A stretch of 64,000 bases of DNA from Octopus bimaculoides (Eukaryota). The stretch covers positions 87,389,309 to 87,453,308 of the forward strand of contig NC_068982.1 of NCBI RefSeq assembly GCF_001194135.2, in the 5' to 3' direction. Below, piece after piece: positions 61,032 to 64,000 of this stretch. The notes below the pieces were generated by a model that made no database searches, was not told the DNA's origin, and saw only the letters and a program-made list of their open reading frames with translations. The translations under genes were made by a program, and so were the position numbers. Position 1 is the first letter of the stretch; each line of letters opens with the position of its first letter.

Positions 61032-61855
61032 TGCTAATTTGTGTCTGGTTGTTTTGTCGGTGTGTTACACTTACGCCAAAGCAGGCAATAACTCGAATGA
61101 AGAAATATACAGAGAAGGGGAAGAAGAGAAAACAAAGAGAGGGAAAGAGAGAAAGAAAGAGGGAGGAGGTCTATATTATTCTGCATTTGCCAGGTTCAAA
61201 TCATAGGCACAGTTGAAATGTTTAACTTAATGTAACAATGCTATGAAGATCTAAAAATTATGCATTAAGAGATCTGTTAATAGATAGTTATATTAAACTG
61301 AAATAAATAAATAGTAAGCAAATAGCTGTGGATGTTACACTATTATCTTTTGTGTGTTCCAGACCAAAGGCTGTGGCCATCCTGGGGTACTATCATTATT
61401 CTTTTTGTTATTAGGTTTAGACACTTATCTGTATTGGGAGAGTAGACAGATACATACATTGCAAAAAGAAAAGTAAATATGATAATTAGCTAGCAAGTCT
61501 ATTGATATATCAATATATATGCAGACAGAGAGATATATTAATAGATATATGGATAGGTAGCTAAACTGAAATGAAATGAAAATAATCTCAATTGGTAAAT
61601 AACTTGAACTGAGCCTTGGTTGTAGTTGGACAGTGAAAAGTATAGTTTTTTTAATAAATATAAGTTTTACCATTTTAATTCATTTTTTATTTCCTTAACC
61701 CTTTAGCATTTCATCCGGCCAGAATATTCCTTCTGTTCTATGTTAAAATTGACCATATACAGCCTTTTGCACCTACCCAACAATGTTATCCTGAAAACAT
61801 ATAAACCTACATTATTTACATTCAATGAATATTTGTCCTCATCTTGTTTGTTATT

Positions 61856-61901
61856 AACACAACATTTTGGCTGATATCCCCTCCAGCCTTCTTCAGGTGT
61901 C
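61856..61901 (-). ncRNA. Type I hammerhead motif, left arm (CpG-decayed core)
   Basis: Minus strand GACAC CTGAAGA A GGCTG-10nt-CAGCC AAAA TG TT GTGTT. Confidence 0.7.
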
Positions 61902-62063
61902 TTGGGGAAATTTTGAACCTGGGTTCTCACTCCTAAGGTATTTTTCGATGTTATTATTATTATTATTATTGTTATTGTTCAGGTCACTGCTTGGAATCGA
62001 ACTCGGAATCTTGGGGTTAGTAGCCCGTGCTCTTAACCACTACACCATATGCCCATGGGCATA

Positions 62064-62118
62064 TGGCATAGTGGTTAAGGGTGCGGGCTACTAACCCCAA
62101 GATTCCGAGTTCGATTCC
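62064..62118 (+). promoter_or_regulatory. tRNA-type Pol III internal promoter (A box / B box)
   Basis: A box TGGCATAGTGG 62064-74; B box GTTCGATTCC 62109-18; mirrored on the minus strand at ~61993-62047. Confidence 0.7.
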
Positions 62119-62230
62119 AAGCAGTGACCTGAACAATAACAACAACAACAATAATAATAATGATAATAATAATAATAATGACATCAAAAAATACCTTAGG
62201 AATGAGAACCCAGGTTCAAAATTTCCCCAA

Positions 62231-62273
62231 GACACCTGAAAAAGGCTGGAGGATATATCAGCCGAAATGTATT
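62231..62273 (+). ncRNA. Type I hammerhead motif, right arm (G8 to A, stem I 3' strand partly deleted)
   Basis: GACAC CTGAAAA A GGCTG-10nt-CAGCC GAAA TG TA TT. Confidence 0.6.
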
Positions 62274-64000
62274 AGCAACAAACAAGATGAGGACAAATAT
62301 CTGTCGAATGTAAATAATGTACATAATTCCTCATCTCTTAAATATAGAACTATATAAACCCACAATTGAAATTATGAAGCTAGAAGATAATGTATGATTG
62401 ATTCAAAACAATAAATAGAGAATACATTTGACAAAGAAATTTGAATGCTAAAGGGTTAACTTATAAGCACCTCATATCTGTCAAACATTAAAAGAAGGTA
62501 AATAAGCAATTTCTAAATTTATTTCAATTACATTTAAAAGTACAGTTTTGATTAAAAGGCAGGATTTCAACTTTTTGCTTGTGTTTAATATATTAACATA
62601 ATGTCTTTTAATATGCTGAATTTCCACAGGTCCTGCTAGTTATTATTTAAGGCAGTGAGCTGACACTAAAGGAGGCAAGTTGGCAGAATAGTTATCATGC
62701 CATGCGAAATGCTTTGCAGTGTTTCATGTCTTCATGTTCTGAGTTCAAATTCCACTGGGGTCGACTTTACCTTTCATCCTTTCGGGATTAATGAAATAAG
62801 TACCAGTTGAGCAACGGGGTCGGTGTAAATGAATATCCCCACCCCCAAATTTTAGGCCTTGTGCCTATAGTAGAAAGGGTTATTATGATTATTTATCCTT
62901 GTAATGTCCTCATCTGAAGCCTCTGTGGCAAATAAAAGGAATCATTATCATCATAATCCATGCACTACAAGGAGAATGAATAGAGTCAACTGCTTAGAGC
63001 AACAGCTGGTGAGAGAACAGGTGATTATATCAATCCTGGTACTTATTTTATTACCTTTAGAAGGAAGAAAACAAACTTGTCTTTGACATAAATATAACAC
63101 AAGATCATACTATCTTTCTGTTACCTGACATCTTTTTCTACTCTAAGCACAAGGCCCAAAATTTTGGGGGAGGGGAGGGGGCAGTCGATTAGATTGACCG
63201 CAGTACGCAACTGGTACTTAATTTATCAACCCCAAAAGGATGAAAGGCAAAGTCAACCTAATATTGATACTAAGCTTGTTCAATAAAATTCCATATAGTT
63301 TGCTTATGTAATTCTCTTGTTATTATAGATAAAAAAAACTGTGGTGTAATTAACATATGGAGTTTTGGTTATATTAGATTAGTAACTATGACTTTCATCA
63401 TATTTCATGTGATCTTCCTTCCATAAATTAATGATCTCCTCATTGTCACTTCTTAGTACACATTCTCTTTATACACAAGAGATCATCCTTTATTCCTACT
63501 TAATCTTCTGAACAGAAGTAATCTTCACAGCTCACTTCAGACTTGCAGTGTTTTCAAAACACATCCACCAATAAGGATATGGCAACCTATTGCTTTTCAA
63601 CCACACCAAGGATAGCCACTACACTTATCAAAAAAATAATCACACAATACATGCACTGCTCGTGAGCAATAGATAGCTACAACCTTTGGTAATTTGAAAA
63701 GCCACTAAATGGTCAGTCAACTTGCTAAAATAGTAATTAAATCTTTCTGAAATCACACATATTCATCTTCATCATCATCATCATCATCGTTTAACGTCCG
63801 CTTTCCATGCTAGCATGGGTTGGACGATTTGACTGAGGACTGGTGAAACCGGATGGCAACACCAGGCTCCAGTCTGATTTGGCAGAGTTTCTACAGCTGG
63901 ATGCCCTTCCTAACGCCAACCACTCAGAGAGTGTAGTGGGTGCTTTTACGTGTCACCCGCACGAAAACGGCCACGCTCGAAATGGTGTCTTTTATGTGCC

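Larger units (their letters stand above)
61808..62351. mobile_element. Head-to-head palindromic non-autonomous element: tRNA-derived head, (AAT/AAC)n, hammerhead, 30-nt tail, 9-bp TSD
   Basis: Arms 61808-62055 and 62056-62321 are reverse complements about GCCCA|TGGGC; tail 62322-62351; ATATAAACC at 61799-61807 and 62352-62360. Confidence 0.85.
61695..62459. mobile_element. piggyBac-like MITE (TTAA|CCCTTTAGCATT ... AATGCTAAAGGG|TTAA) interrupted by a palindromic insertion
   Basis: Perfect 12-bp TIRs inside TTAA; body split at a 9-bp duplication. Confidence 0.8.

Noticed and set aside
61993-62118. tRNA gene(s), anticodon loop CT-ACT-AA
   Set aside because: The acceptor and T stems do not pair properly and the sequence is part of a repeat; treated as a tRNA-derived promoter. 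The same applies to the SINE heads at 3750 and 31540.
1-64000. CRISPR arrays, rRNA genes, prokaryotic operons
   Set aside because: Spliced eukaryotic locus; no regularly spaced repeat-spacer array or rRNA signature seen.

Overview
Eukaryotic, AT-rich, microsatellite- and SINE-dense animal genomic DNA with about 11 assembly gaps (N runs). The repeat families look like those of octopus/coleoid cephalopods; this is inference from recognition, not a database search. One host gene spans the window: the 3' 14 coding exons (3630-60061, + strand) of axonemal dynein intermediate chain 1 (DNAI1/IC78 orthologue, WD40). All 14 exons have AG/GT ends, consistent phases and no internal stop; the 5' exons lie upstream of the window. 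The introns hold a Dong/R4 LINE in (TAA)n, a hAT transposon, mariner/maT/Tc1 remnants, a Penelope-like element (PLE) interrupted by a Tx1/L1 LINE, an RTE LINE, an RT-deleted Ty3/Gypsy element with both LTRs, MITEs and at least four SINE families. Most ORFs in the supplied track are artefacts of microsatellites or N gaps. The most interesting signal is non-coding: several minimal type I hammerhead-ribozyme (HHR) motifs in PLE-type architecture. One is nearly intact and in the sense of the DNAI1 intron (29167-29260). Another lies in a 544-bp head-to-head palindromic element (61808-62351) that couples a tRNA-derived Pol III promoter to a hammerhead and has a PLE-style 30-nt tail and a 9-bp TSD, a candidate non-autonomous ribozyme-bearing retroelement. 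A candidate extra 72-nt in-frame DNAI1 exon (51362-51433) was also found.
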